IMG/VR virus record: IMGVR_UViG_3300032254_000001 | Span: 128,001-192,000 of that record | DNA length: 64,000 nt | Direction: 5' to 3' (one strand) | From: a virus | Taxonomy: Duplodnaviria > Caudoviricetes | Part shown: in pieces, positions 37,218 through 46,114 of the stretch | How positions within the stretch are numbered: position 1 is the stretch's first letter | How the letters are laid out: each line of letters starts with the position of its first letter | Notes under the pieces: generated by a model | What the model was told of the DNA's origin: nothing | The model's database searches: none | Seen by the model: only the letters and a program-made list of their open reading frames with translations | Program-made: the position numbers and the translations under genes

Positions 37218-37928
37218 TTATGCTACTCTCCAAAATTCTATTATTACTTCCCAAACGCTTGATGCAGTACCGAGGGTGTCTGTTCTAAAATCAAAATCGT
37301 ATGTATGTGTACCAGCTGTTAATGTGCTGTAATGTACTTTATGTGTGTACTGTCGCTGACTGGTACCTGTTGTACTAAATGCACCTGCGCTGTCTTTAGG
37401 TTCTTGTTTATGTATTTCACCAAGCACAACTGTATCTTCAAGGAACTGTGCCTCAAAGTCGCTACCTGCACTATCGTGGTTCCAACCATAACTGATTGCA
37501 ATACGATATGTACCTGCTGGTACTGAAGTAGTAGTAAACGATAACTTGTTTAAGAATGCAGTACTAGTGGTAGAAGTCACACCTGATGCTGTTGCTGTTT
37601 GAAATTCTGATCCAAATGTTGAACCACTTGCGCCACCTACACCTACGTATGCTGCACCATCCCATCTATATAAAAGGTTAGTGTCTAACGCGACATAAAT
37701 TATGCCTGCTTCGCCTGTTGCTGGAAAAGATGCAAGGTTTGCGAACTCTAAGACTTCAATTGAGCTGCCGCTTGCGCCGCCGCCACAAATAGGTTTACCA
37801 CCAGGTGTGCCGTCGTACATTCGCAGACAGCCTGTAACGATGTCATAGAATAGGTACGTTTCTTCACCGACGTAAACCGCTGAATCTACATTAACCAAAG
37901 AACCTTTGATTTTTCTAATAGCAGCCAT
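37218..37928 (-). CDS. putative virion structural protein
   Basis: FANLASFPATGEAGIIYVALDTNLLYRWDG fibre-type module. Confidence 0.55.
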   Translation of the reverse strand: MAAIRKIKGSLVNVDSAVYVGEETYLFYDIVTGCLRMYDGTPGGKPICGGGASGSSIEVLEFANLASFPATGEAGIIYVALDTNLLYRWDGAAYVGVGGASGSTFGSEFQTATASGVTSTTSTAFLNKLSFTTTSVPAGTYRIAISYGWNHDSAGSDFEAQFLEDTVVLGEIHKQEPKDSAGAFSTTGTSQRQYTHKVHYSTLTAGTHTYDFDFRTDTLGTASSVWEVIIEFWRVA

Positions 37929-37939
37929 TCAAACGCTCC

Positions 37940-38473
37940 TTACTCTGAACCAGCTTTTCTTGAATTATGAAATGCCTGTGCGGCGTTCCTTCTTGGATTA
38001 AGTTGATCTTCTTTAGTGTCTTGGCCTTTTTGTTCTTCACCAATACCAGCTGATTTCTTCATTGCTGCAAGTTCACTGTTGTAACCTTGATCAGCTTCTT
38101 CAACTTCTTCTTCTGGCTTCTCGCTTGCCCAAGGTTGCTCTTCTGTAGTTGGTACCATCTTTTCATCTGGTTCTAGCTGAGGTTCCATGTGTGGATCTTC
38201 ATCGCCTGCAAACTCATCAACATTGTTATTAACACCTTGTGACTTTTTAAGTAACTCGTGTTCTTGTTGTAATGGTGATATCATTGTTGCTGGTTCTGAA
38301 CCGTCTGTGCTATCTACATCAACTGGTTCTAAATGAGTTACCGTAACATCAGCACCCATCTCATCCGATTGATCACACGGCTCACCTGCTTCACCCGGCA
38401 CTTCCTGGCCTGCTACAGTTTCAGTTTGATCAACTAAATCTGCTAATTGTCGTAATATTTCGCTAACTCGCAT
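37940..38473 (-). CDS. acidic hypothetical protein (possible head/scaffold-associated)
   Basis: MRVSEIL leader; very acidic composition. Confidence 0.5.
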   Translation of the reverse strand: MRVSEILRQLADLVDQTETVAGQEVPGEAGEPCDQSDEMGADVTVTHLEPVDVDSTDGSEPATMISPLQQEHELLKKSQGVNNNVDEFAGDEDPHMEPQLEPDEKMVPTTEEQPWASEKPEEEVEEADQGYNSELAAMKKSAGIGEEQKGQDTKEDQLNPRRNAAQAFHNSRKAGSE

Positions 38474-38504
38474 ATTATAATTCCTAATTGTTCTTTATAT
38501 TTAT

Positions 38505-38882
38505 TCAGAATGAACCCGTTTGTTCAGTTAAAATATTACCTGTCCAATCATCAGCTATTGTGGCATCCTCTAGTACTGCAATGCGATTGTTAAGCTCTGC
38601 ATAGAACGTATCTAACTCACCTTTAAAACTGCCAGTAAGGTGTCCAATTGCTTGTTTGCAATAATTCCAATTCTGTAGACGGTAGTTCTTTAAAAGATTA
38701 CCGTGTAGGTCTGCTATCTCATTAATCTTGTTAGCCTCTTGGGCTGCTATATGTTCGCTATCGACTACTGCAAATGTCCTTACCGTTTTACCGTCCGAAA
38801 ACTCTACGGTGTCCAATTCCATGACTAAATATTTAGAACGAAGAGAATCGATTGCGTTGTTGGTTTCATAAACTATGTACAT
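38505..38882 (-). CDS. protein resembling only the C-terminal tail of class III adenylate/guanylate cyclases
   Basis: ELDTVEF...TFAV and YRLQNW...FY..RIAVL...DDWTG parallel the ELDxxxVKG / YrxqdW...Y.eR...dWdG cyclase tail. AGGAGA SD before ATG 38882. Confidence 0.5.
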   Translation of the reverse strand: MYIVYETNNAIDSLRSKYLVMELDTVEFSDGKTVRTFAVVDSEHIAAQEANKINEIADLHGNLLKNYRLQNWNYCKQAIGHLTGSFKGELDTFYAELNNRIAVLEDATIADDWTGNILTEQTGSF

Positions 38883-38917
38883 AATGTCTCCTATACTATA
38901 ATTATAAGAAAAACTAT

Positions 38918-39688
38918 ATGACAATAAATTTTGATTTAATAAGCGATTTGTATCTCGAAACACTAGATAACTTTTCATGGGAAAATAAGGCAACAAGTCT
39001 TTTTTGCATTGTAGCTGGAAACATCTCCAACGACCACGATGTATTATTTGACTTCCTAGAAGAGCTGTCAAAGTATTACGAAGCTGTATTCTTTATAGAC
39101 GGTGACTTAGAGCACGATAAGTTTGAAGGTGACTTTGATAGAAGTTACGCATCGTTACGAGATAACATAGGCGACATGGAAACAGTATTCTTCTTACACG
39201 AAAATATTATTATACTTCCTGGCGTAACGTTATTAGCTACTAATGGCTGGACAACATTTGATTTTACAAGTCAGCACACAATAGACGAAACACTAGACTT
39301 CCTCGAGGAGCACGAAGGTGTACCGATTGAAGTTTCAAACCAGATTTTTAAACTCGCAATAACAGATCAACATTATATGTACAATAGCATTGAGTCCGCA
39401 CAGGATATGGATGACGTTGAGGATATAATTGTTATAACCAACTCGGTACCTAATTCAGAGTTTGTAGTACACGACAACGATTATGATGGTACGCTACTAG
39501 GTGATACCTCAGGTAATGGTGGCATCCTACATTGTTTAGAAAATGACTACAAGAAGAAAGTAAAAACTTGGATCTTCGGGAAGTACACGGGTGACATTGA
39601 TTACGATATCGAAGGAGTTCGATATGTGAATAACCCGGGCCTACAAAAAGACCCGAGCATTTATTATCCAAAAATAATTAAAACTTAA
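38918..39688 (+). CDS. calcineurin-like metallophosphoesterase fold with degenerate metal ligands
   Basis: ISDLY (DxH), AGNI (GD), DGDLEH (GNHE) and IFGKY (GHxH) occur in canonical order. Confidence 0.65.
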   Translation: MTINFDLISDLYLETLDNFSWENKATSLFCIVAGNISNDHDVLFDFLEELSKYYEAVFFIDGDLEHDKFEGDFDRSYASLRDNIGDMETVFFLHENIIILPGVTLLATNGWTTFDFTSQHTIDETLDFLEEHEGVPIEVSNQIFKLAITDQHYMYNSIESAQDMDDVEDIIVITNSVPNSEFVVHDNDYDGTLLGDTSGNGGILHCLENDYKKKVKTWIFGKYTGDIDYDIEGVRYVNNPGLQKDPSIYYPKIIKT

Positions 39689-39999
39689 TCGGTTTCTTGT
39701 TCGATTCGGATCTGTAACGGATAGCCCTGCTTACGTGCATCTACTGTTACTTCAATGCCTTTCTGCTCTGCTACCTCAAACGGTAATACCGCTGCAACTG
39801 CTGAACCAGCAGTATGTACGTCATTTGCTATTCGTTCAGCTGTGTTATTCACATAGCTAAAGTGCTCTACCAAGCTTTCTATAACAAACTGCATACTAGT
39901 CTTATTATCGTTTACATAAACAACCTTAAACATTGGTGGCTCTTTAAGATCTAATCGTGTTTTAATTGCAACTTCAGTTGACATTTTATTATCCTTCAT
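39685..39999 (-). CDS. clpS: Clp protease adaptor ClpS
   Basis: PPMFKVVYVNDNKTSMQFV...VHTAG.AV...EVAEQK...YPL. Confidence 0.88.
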   Translation of the reverse strand: MKDNKMSTEVAIKTRLDLKEPPMFKVVYVNDNKTSMQFVIESLVEHFSYVNNTAERIANDVHTAGSAVAAVLPFEVAEQKGIEVTVDARKQGYPLQIRIEQETD

Positions 40000-40023
40000 A
40001 TAAGTATTTAGTTATTGTATACA

Positions 40024-40051
40024 TTGTACACGGTTATTAGGCCGTGTACAA
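40024..40051. terminator. 10-bp hairpin downstream of hsp20
   Basis: ttgtacacgg-N8-ccgtgtacaa. Confidence 0.5.
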
Positions 40052-40065
40052 CAATATCGGTTAGG

Positions 40066-40512
40066 TTACTTTATTTCGATTTCTTTCGGTTTCATAGACT
40101 CCGGAACTAATCGTTCAAGTGTAACTGATAAAATGCCGTCAGTTATTTCAGCTTCTTTTACTTCAACATAATCTGCTAGTGCAAATGAGCGTCGAAATGT
40201 TCTAGCACTAATGCCTTGGTGTAGGTACGTAATTTCTTCTTCTTCGGTACCTTCAGAAAGACCACGTAGTCCTGTGATTTCCAGTTGATTGTTAGCAGTA
40301 GTAATCGCTATATCTGATTTTCTAAAACCAGCTACTGCTAGTTCAATTATGTAGTTATCGTCATCAACTTCAATAATGTTGTATGGTGGATAATTACCTG
40401 TGTTTGTATTGTCAATACGGTTTATCATTGCATTCATGTATCGTTCAACGCCGATTGCGTTGCGTAGGAATGGATCAAGATTGATAGAGGTGAGGTGTTT
40501 GCTTTTAGTCAT
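40066..40512 (-). CDS. small heat-shock protein (Hsp20/IbpA-like)
   Basis: NYPPYNI, IELAVAGF, YLHQGISARTFRRSFALADYVEV and DGILSVTLER; GGAGA SD before MTKSK. Confidence 0.93.
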   Translation of the reverse strand: MTKSKHLTSINLDPFLRNAIGVERYMNAMINRIDNTNTGNYPPYNIIEVDDDNYIIELAVAGFRKSDIAITTANNQLEITGLRGLSEGTEEEEITYLHQGISARTFRRSFALADYVEVKEAEITDGILSVTLERLVPESMKPKEIEIK

Positions 40513-40573
40513 AATAGTCTCCTTAATATTAAGCAAGATTTAAATGTAAGACCCGCCTTATGCAGCATCTTAC
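40513..40573 (-). promoter_or_regulatory. ROSE-like RNA thermometer in the hsp20 5' UTR
   Basis: UCUUGCUU pairs with AAGGAGA (the SD) with a bulged G; an upstream hairpin spans 40546-40573; TAAATA at 40579-40584. Confidence 0.65.
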
Positions 40574-40632
40574 TTGTTTATTTATCTATATAATATGACA
40601 CTTAACGACTTTTCACAAGTCGTTAGGCAAAA

Positions 40633-40845
40633 TTAGCGTCTACGTTGTGGAACTAATTCCTCAGTACGAAGCTTTTTGCGATAACGTGCTTTTGCTGCGG
40701 CTGCTTTACGCTGTCGCTTTGTTGATGGTTTCTCGAAAGTTTGACGACCACGAATTTCCTCAAGGATTCGTTCGTTAGAAACTTTCTTTTTAAATTTTCT
40801 AAGGGCTTTCTCAAACTGTCCCTCGTATACTCTTACTGATGGCAT
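40633..40845 (-). CDS. rpsU: 30S ribosomal protein bS21
   Basis: MPSVRV...FEKALRKFKKKV...EKPSTKRQRKAAAAKAR. Confidence 0.9.
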   Translation of the reverse strand: MPSVRVYEGQFEKALRKFKKKVSNERILEEIRGRQTFEKPSTKRQRKAAAAKARYRKKLRTEELVPQRRR

Positions 40846-42005
40846 TACTTTTTCTTTACCTCCGTTGGGTGATTAATTAGCGATTTAGTGATCCGCACCT
40901 TATTTATGTCATTTCTTGTATACTTGTTAATATTGAACATGTGTGGTAACAATGCTGTTTCCATTATTGAGCGTAAACTACGCGCTCCTGTCTTTTTCCC
41001 TATTGCAATGTTAACAACCTGTTTTAATGCTTCTTTATCGAATGTTAAACGTACATCATTATATTTAAATAGATGCTTGTACTGTGATACCAAGTTATTT
41101 TCTACATCCATTAATACATTTAACATATCATCTTGTGTTAGTTCTTGCACTTCTGCAACTATTGGAAATCTACTAACAAATTCTGGTATTAACCCAAACT
41201 CAATAAGGTCTGTTGGTTCAGCATCTTTAATGTATCTGTTATCGACGTCAGCTGTATAACCAATCTGCGATGGTTGTTGCTTACGTTTCTTAATCTTATC
41301 AAGTCCTACGAATGCGCCACTAGCAATAAACAAGATATTATTTGTGTTAATTTCTATTGTGTTTTCTTCGCGTCTACCAAGATCAATTGTAAAGGTTGAA
41401 CCTTCAACTAATTTCAATAGTGCTTGCTGTACGCCTTCTCCGCCTGGTTCCTTGCCGTTAGTAGATGAACCAGACTTTGCAATTTTATCAATCTCGTCTA
41501 AGAAGATAATGCCACGTTCGGCTTTATCAACATCGCCACCTGCTGCACTTAATAGCTTAACTAGTATCGAATCAACGTCTTCGCCAACATAACCAGACTC
41601 AGTTAATGTAGTTGCATCTGCGATTACAAACGGTACTTCTAAGTACCCTGCTATTGTCTTTGCAAGTAACGTCTTGCCCGAACCTGTCGGTCCTAGTAAC
41701 ATTACATTACTTTTATCTAGTGTTGCCTTATCTGTGTTAAGTCGTTTAACATGGTTAGCAACTGCTACACTTAAAATAGTTTTTGCGGAATCTTGACTTG
41801 TTACGTAGAGGTCTAAGTAATCCTTTAATTCCATTGGGTTGATGTCGTCTAGCTTAGGCATTTCTCGTTTTTCATCGCCTGCTTCACTTGCTAGTATTCC
41901 TAAACATACATCAATACATGCATCGCATATGCCTACTTTTTCACCTAGTACTAACTTATTAACTTGGTGCTGTGTTCTATTACAAAAATTACATTGTTCT
42001 GTCAT
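40845..42005 (-). CDS. clpX: ATP-dependent Clp protease ATPase ClpX
   Basis: C4 zinc finger, KSNVMLLGPTGSGKT, GYVGEDV, LDEIDK, EGVQQALLK, GLIPEF and GARSLRSI. Confidence 0.93.
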   Translation of the reverse strand: MTEQCNFCNRTQHQVNKLVLGEKVGICDACIDVCLGILASEAGDEKREMPKLDDINPMELKDYLDLYVTSQDSAKTILSVAVANHVKRLNTDKATLDKSNVMLLGPTGSGKTLLAKTIAGYLEVPFVIADATTLTESGYVGEDVDSILVKLLSAAGGDVDKAERGIIFLDEIDKIAKSGSSTNGKEPGGEGVQQALLKLVEGSTFTIDLGRREENTIEINTNNILFIASGAFVGLDKIKKRKQQPSQIGYTADVDNRYIKDAEPTDLIEFGLIPEFVSRFPIVAEVQELTQDDMLNVLMDVENNLVSQYKHLFKYNDVRLTFDKEALKQVVNIAIGKKTGARSLRSIMETALLPHMFNINKYTRNDINKVRITKSLINHPTEVKKK

Positions 42006-42016
42006 CGCGTTACCTC

Positions 42017-43936
42017 TTAATCACGACCCAGCAGATCCTCGATGTGTTGTTTCTCTGCTTCGTTCAATAGCCCCGGATTATACGTGCCATTGCCGACCCT
42101 TTTAATTAACGCTTTGATGTATTCATGACTATAAGCGGTAAAGTTTAAAACATTTTTATCTATTCCATCCCAGTCACGACCATTAAAGATATACAGGTGT
42201 GTTGGGTCTAGGTCAGTACGTAAAAACATCCTGCCTAGCGTGTTATTTGTCACTGGAAACTCAGTGCCAGATTTTACTTCTTGTTCAAAGTCAAATTTAA
42301 TTGACGGGAACGACTGGATGAGTGCTTCAGTCCTAAACACCTTCCCGTTGAAATTAATATAGTTCTCGCCAACTTTAGTTAAGGAAATCTTACCATCTAA
42401 TGTATGTGGTAAATCACGCAAGTCTTTTGCAATATCACTTAACTCATTAAGGTCCTTCCATGGGCCTTCGTTTATACTATGTGCTTCTTCCGGCTCTGGT
42501 TCTTCAACCTTAACTTCTTCTATATCTTCGTCAAAGCCATGTGTTGCTTCGTATACACCATTCTCTGCATCTTCCCAATCAATTTGTTCTTTTGATGCGA
42601 AGTTAACTTTACTTACCTCGGTCTCAACAGGTGGTTCAGGTGGTTCAGGTTCAAGTGGTTCAACAAGCTCCTCCACAGGATAGTCTTTTAAAAGTTCATC
42701 CATTGTGTATTTTGGTTCTTCTTTGTCTGCAAGTTCTTTGAGTTCTGCACGGCCTCTATCAAATGAGTGTTGTGCTGCAATCAATAGCAATACTGCAAAT
42801 GGATCGAATACAAATATAATAAGGATGATTAACCACGTAACTGCTTTTTCAAGTAAGTTAGCATCTGCTTCTTGTCCGTACACAAACTCTGCTATGTACT
42901 TGATCGGACCAACTTCAGCTTCTAGTTTACGTGTGCTTGCCTCAAGCTCGTACTTCTGTTCTGTTAAAGTATCAAGTTCGGCATTTGCTTGTTTGTTCTT
43001 TTTGTGTTCAGCTGCAATTAAAGTTTCGATATCGTTCGCATTGGACTTGCCCATACGCGCTCGCAAACTCTTAATGGTTGCATTGCTTTCGTCTATTTCT
43101 GTTTGTACAGATGCACGGATACGATTGATTTCTTGTTGTGCTGCTGCTGTTGCTGCGGAAGGTGTGCCCCTAATGTCATCAATTTTTCCTAATAGGAAAT
43201 CACGCCTTGCTTCGTTGCGCTCTCTAAATGCTTTAATAGCTTTTTCTGTTTCGCCTTTGTACGAACCATCTGGCTTAGTACCTACTATGCCTTGCGCTGT
43301 TCTAATCTGACGTTTGTTAAGTGCTGTCTGTAAATCACCTAGCTGTTTGTTAATTGCATCAAGCTCAGACTTATAAGGTACGGTACGTCCTTCTGTCTTT
43401 GTTTCATCTGTTGCAATGATATCAAGCTGTACTTGTATGACTGGCTTAACACGATCATACGCTGAATCAATACGCTGCTGTTCTTTATCAATTTGAGCAT
43501 TAAGTCCGGCATCAACACCGCTACCGTTATCCTCGTAGCCTCTAATCTTTTGTTCAGAGCGAGCAATGATAGCATTATTCCTGGCTATCTCTGCTTCAAT
43601 GCGATCAACCTGTGCTACGCTTTCCTGTGATTGTGCTGTTTGTTCAACGTGGGATTTAGATAGATATCCAAAGATACCCATAGATGTGATAAACATGACA
43701 CCTGCTACAATAAGCGCCATTCCGAATACTAACAATCGGTTCTTATCCTTGTAATTGTAATGTAACCAAATGACTGCAACTAGCTTGCCAACTTCAATGG
43801 ATGTGCCCATTACTATAATCGATGTAGCATACGCGCTGAAAATAGCTGCTAAACCAGCTACACTAAAATAGATTGCAATGCTACTAATGAACAGAGCCGA
43901 AATTAAGGCAATATAGCCCAGTCTTATATTCAACAT
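42017..43936 (-). CDS. membrane protein with long coiled coil
   Basis: Three N-terminal TM segments, a coiled coil, EVGPIKYIAE plus a further TM segment (IIFVFDPFAVLLL), and an acidic linker. Confidence 0.6.
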   Translation of the reverse strand: MLNIRLGYIALISALFISSIAIYFSVAGLAAIFSAYATSIIVMGTSIEVGKLVAVIWLHYNYKDKNRLLVFGMALIVAGVMFITSMGIFGYLSKSHVEQTAQSQESVAQVDRIEAEIARNNAIIARSEQKIRGYEDNGSGVDAGLNAQIDKEQQRIDSAYDRVKPVIQVQLDIIATDETKTEGRTVPYKSELDAINKQLGDLQTALNKRQIRTAQGIVGTKPDGSYKGETEKAIKAFRERNEARRDFLLGKIDDIRGTPSAATAAAQQEINRIRASVQTEIDESNATIKSLRARMGKSNANDIETLIAAEHKKNKQANAELDTLTEQKYELEASTRKLEAEVGPIKYIAEFVYGQEADANLLEKAVTWLIILIIFVFDPFAVLLLIAAQHSFDRGRAELKELADKEEPKYTMDELLKDYPVEELVEPLEPEPPEPPVETEVSKVNFASKEQIDWEDAENGVYEATHGFDEDIEEVKVEEPEPEEAHSINEGPWKDLNELSDIAKDLRDLPHTLDGKISLTKVGENYINFNGKVFRTEALIQSFPSIKFDFEQEVKSGTEFPVTNNTLGRMFLRTDLDPTHLYIFNGRDWDGIDKNVLNFTAYSHEYIKALIKRVGNGTYNPGLLNEAEKQHIEDLLGRD

Positions 43937-43951
43937 ATTATATATTTATGG

Positions 43952-44647
43952 TTAGGTAGGGTTCAGCTCCTGAGTTCTTGTGTAGTGCTCAAGAAACTCT
44001 TCGTCTGCTGCCTTGACAGTGGGATCCTCCCACTTGAAACGATGGGGTAGTAAGAAAGGAGTCTCTCTGTAGTACTTATTATGTAACTTAGCCCAGATCT
44101 CCTTTCGTTCTTCTTCTTTTTCATGCGCTGCAATCGCAGCCATAATCGTGTCCTGAATGCCCGGGAAATCCTGCGCAAAGAAACGATAGTCCCAGCTGAA
44201 GCAGTGAACGGTTGGGTAATTGCGGTTAAACAAATCAGGCACAAGCTTACGGGTTTGGTACTCTGCTGAGCAGATTTGCTTCCAAATGCCATCGTACGCA
44301 CCACCGCCACCGGAGCCTGTGTACGTCAGTGAACGGTTGAAATTACCGCTGCTACCAAAGGTATCCTTGCAACGGTTAGCATAGCGGATCCACACACGAC
44401 CACCAAAACCTGGGTATCCGCGAAGATTGCCCTCACCGTCAGTATTTTTACCACTCCAGTTTGAGTAACCGTCAATTGGAGCATTGTGTGAGTTTGACAC
44501 CATTTTTTGGTATTTGATATCCCAAGCAAAACCAACAACAGGATCCTTCTCGTTAATTACTGCAATAACAGACTCAGCAATCTCGTCAAGGGTCTCTGGG
44601 GTTTTACCATAAATGTCTTTAATCTTTTGCTGCTTAGGATGTAACAT
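43952..44647 (-). CDS. hypothetical protein
   Basis: 231 aa; GGAGA SD. Confidence 0.55.
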   Translation of the reverse strand: MLHPKQQKIKDIYGKTPETLDEIAESVIAVINEKDPVVGFAWDIKYQKMVSNSHNAPIDGYSNWSGKNTDGEGNLRGYPGFGGRVWIRYANRCKDTFGSSGNFNRSLTYTGSGGGGAYDGIWKQICSAEYQTRKLVPDLFNRNYPTVHCFSWDYRFFAQDFPGIQDTIMAAIAAHEKEEERKEIWAKLHNKYYRETPFLLPHRFKWEDPTVKAADEEFLEHYTRTQELNPT

Positions 44648-44673
44648 ACTATCTCCAGATACAAATTAAAAGG

Positions 44674-46041
44674 TTATATCTTTTCGCCTGGGGCAAAACC
44701 GCGGAAGCCTACGAAGCGAGGGAATCTTAAACTATAAGTATCCTCTGAGTCTTCAGCTTGTGTAACTACGTCAGCTTTAACTTCTGCAATGAAGCCAAGT
44801 AGCTCCTTACGTCTATTCCAAAAATCATCACGTTGTGCATCACTAAAACCGCCGCCTACGTTAACTCGTATAAAACGACCGTCGTCTGTGCCTTCACATA
44901 CAAATGCACCAAGTCTGCCTAAGTTGCGACCTGTGCCTTCTTCAACATCAACTACTGCCAAGTCAACTGTAATAGTTGGCTTCCACTTCATCCATGCTGT
45001 ACGGCGTTTGCATACATAAGGAGCATCCGGATCCTTAATCATAATGCCTTCATAACCAAGTTCGATTTGATCTTTTGCAAAGCGGTCCATAACACTGCGA
45101 CCGTCTGCTGTATCAAGATCTACTTCAATACCACTAATGATATGTAAGCTAGAACATGTTTGGTTAACACGGTCCTTAATAGAACCAAGCCAATCATTTG
45201 AACGAACGCTTTGTGGCATTGTCCACAGACCTTTGTTAAACTTGTCTAATGGGATAATGTCAAAAATAGTAAACACTGCATTGGCTGTATCAATATCAGA
45301 CTTGCGTTGTGCTTGCTTCATTAATGCTTGGAAGTTCTCACTGATGATTTCTCCATCTAGTACGAACTTAGTAATTCTGTTTTCAGTCCAAGGACTGTTC
45401 GTGTACAGTTTAACGCATTCTGTTAATTGGTCTTCAATATGCGGAAAGTTGTTAAATGGTTTGCCGTTACGACTAAACAACTGTACCTTAGTTTTCTCAG
45501 GAAAAGAAATATCAACAATAGCTAAACAGCGTATACCATCTAGCTTTGGTTCAAGTATCTTTTTACCTGAAACTTTCTTTGGGTGTTTCGCGCTGTCTGT
45601 TGCTAGCTGCGATTCAAAAATGGGTATTTCGTATTTGGTACCTTTAAGTACTTTGTTGAATGAACTAATGGTTGCCCCAACACGTAGATCTTTAAGTATA
45701 ACTGGACGAAGTAAGTTGTTCCAAAGATCACTAGTGTAATCCATGCTAGCACGTTCTAATTCAGCTACGGCAGCATTGCCGGTAAATTCACGTGCTTGCA
45801 ATGCTTGGAGCAATGTTACAAAATCTTTGATTGTTGCTGTATTAGTATTTACAGCTATTGTCTCAGGTACTTTCTTAGTGTTGTAAACGTTAAATGGGTT
45901 CAGGGCATACCAAGCCATAATAAGGAACTCATCTGCATCCTTTGCACCAATATTAGCAGCTTCTAATGCTTGCTTAATTACATCAAGTTTGTGTAACTTG
46001 CTGTTAGATTCGTTCAGTTTGTTTATCCAATTGTGTGGCAT
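44674..46041 (-). CDS. ATP-dependent DNA ligase
   Basis: EPKLDGIR (motif I), LDGEI, FDII, EGIMIK, WMKWK and SLRFPRF. Confidence 0.95.
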   Translation of the reverse strand: MPHNWINKLNESNSKLHKLDVIKQALEAANIGAKDADEFLIMAWYALNPFNVYNTKKVPETIAVNTNTATIKDFVTLLQALQAREFTGNAAVAELERASMDYTSDLWNNLLRPVILKDLRVGATISSFNKVLKGTKYEIPIFESQLATDSAKHPKKVSGKKILEPKLDGIRCLAIVDISFPEKTKVQLFSRNGKPFNNFPHIEDQLTECVKLYTNSPWTENRITKFVLDGEIISENFQALMKQAQRKSDIDTANAVFTIFDIIPLDKFNKGLWTMPQSVRSNDWLGSIKDRVNQTCSSLHIISGIEVDLDTADGRSVMDRFAKDQIELGYEGIMIKDPDAPYVCKRRTAWMKWKPTITVDLAVVDVEEGTGRNLGRLGAFVCEGTDDGRFIRVNVGGGFSDAQRDDFWNRRKELLGFIAEVKADVVTQAEDSEDTYSLRFPRFVGFRGFAPGEKI

Positions 46042-46068
46042 GCAGGGTGATCTCCAGTTATTTAAGTA

Positions 46069-46097
46069 ATTATAACGGAATTATCCAGAAAGGTCAA
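46069..46097 (-). promoter_or_regulatory. sigma70-type promoter for the ligase
   Basis: AGG-TTGACC-17-TATAAT. Confidence 0.8.
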
Positions 46098-46114
46098 CCT
46101 ATTTTTGCTGATTT

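Noticed and set aside
40603-40625. CIRCE element upstream of hsp20
   Set aside because: The sequence and 5-nt spacer do not match TTAGCACTC-N9-GAGTGCTAA.
8151-45739. Long antisense ORFs (e.g. 8151..8894, 12278..12796, 13217..13690, 42705..43310, 45137..45739, all +)
   Set aside because: They lie fully opposite well-supported genes, have Ser/Leu-rich shadow composition, and lack an RBS or motifs.
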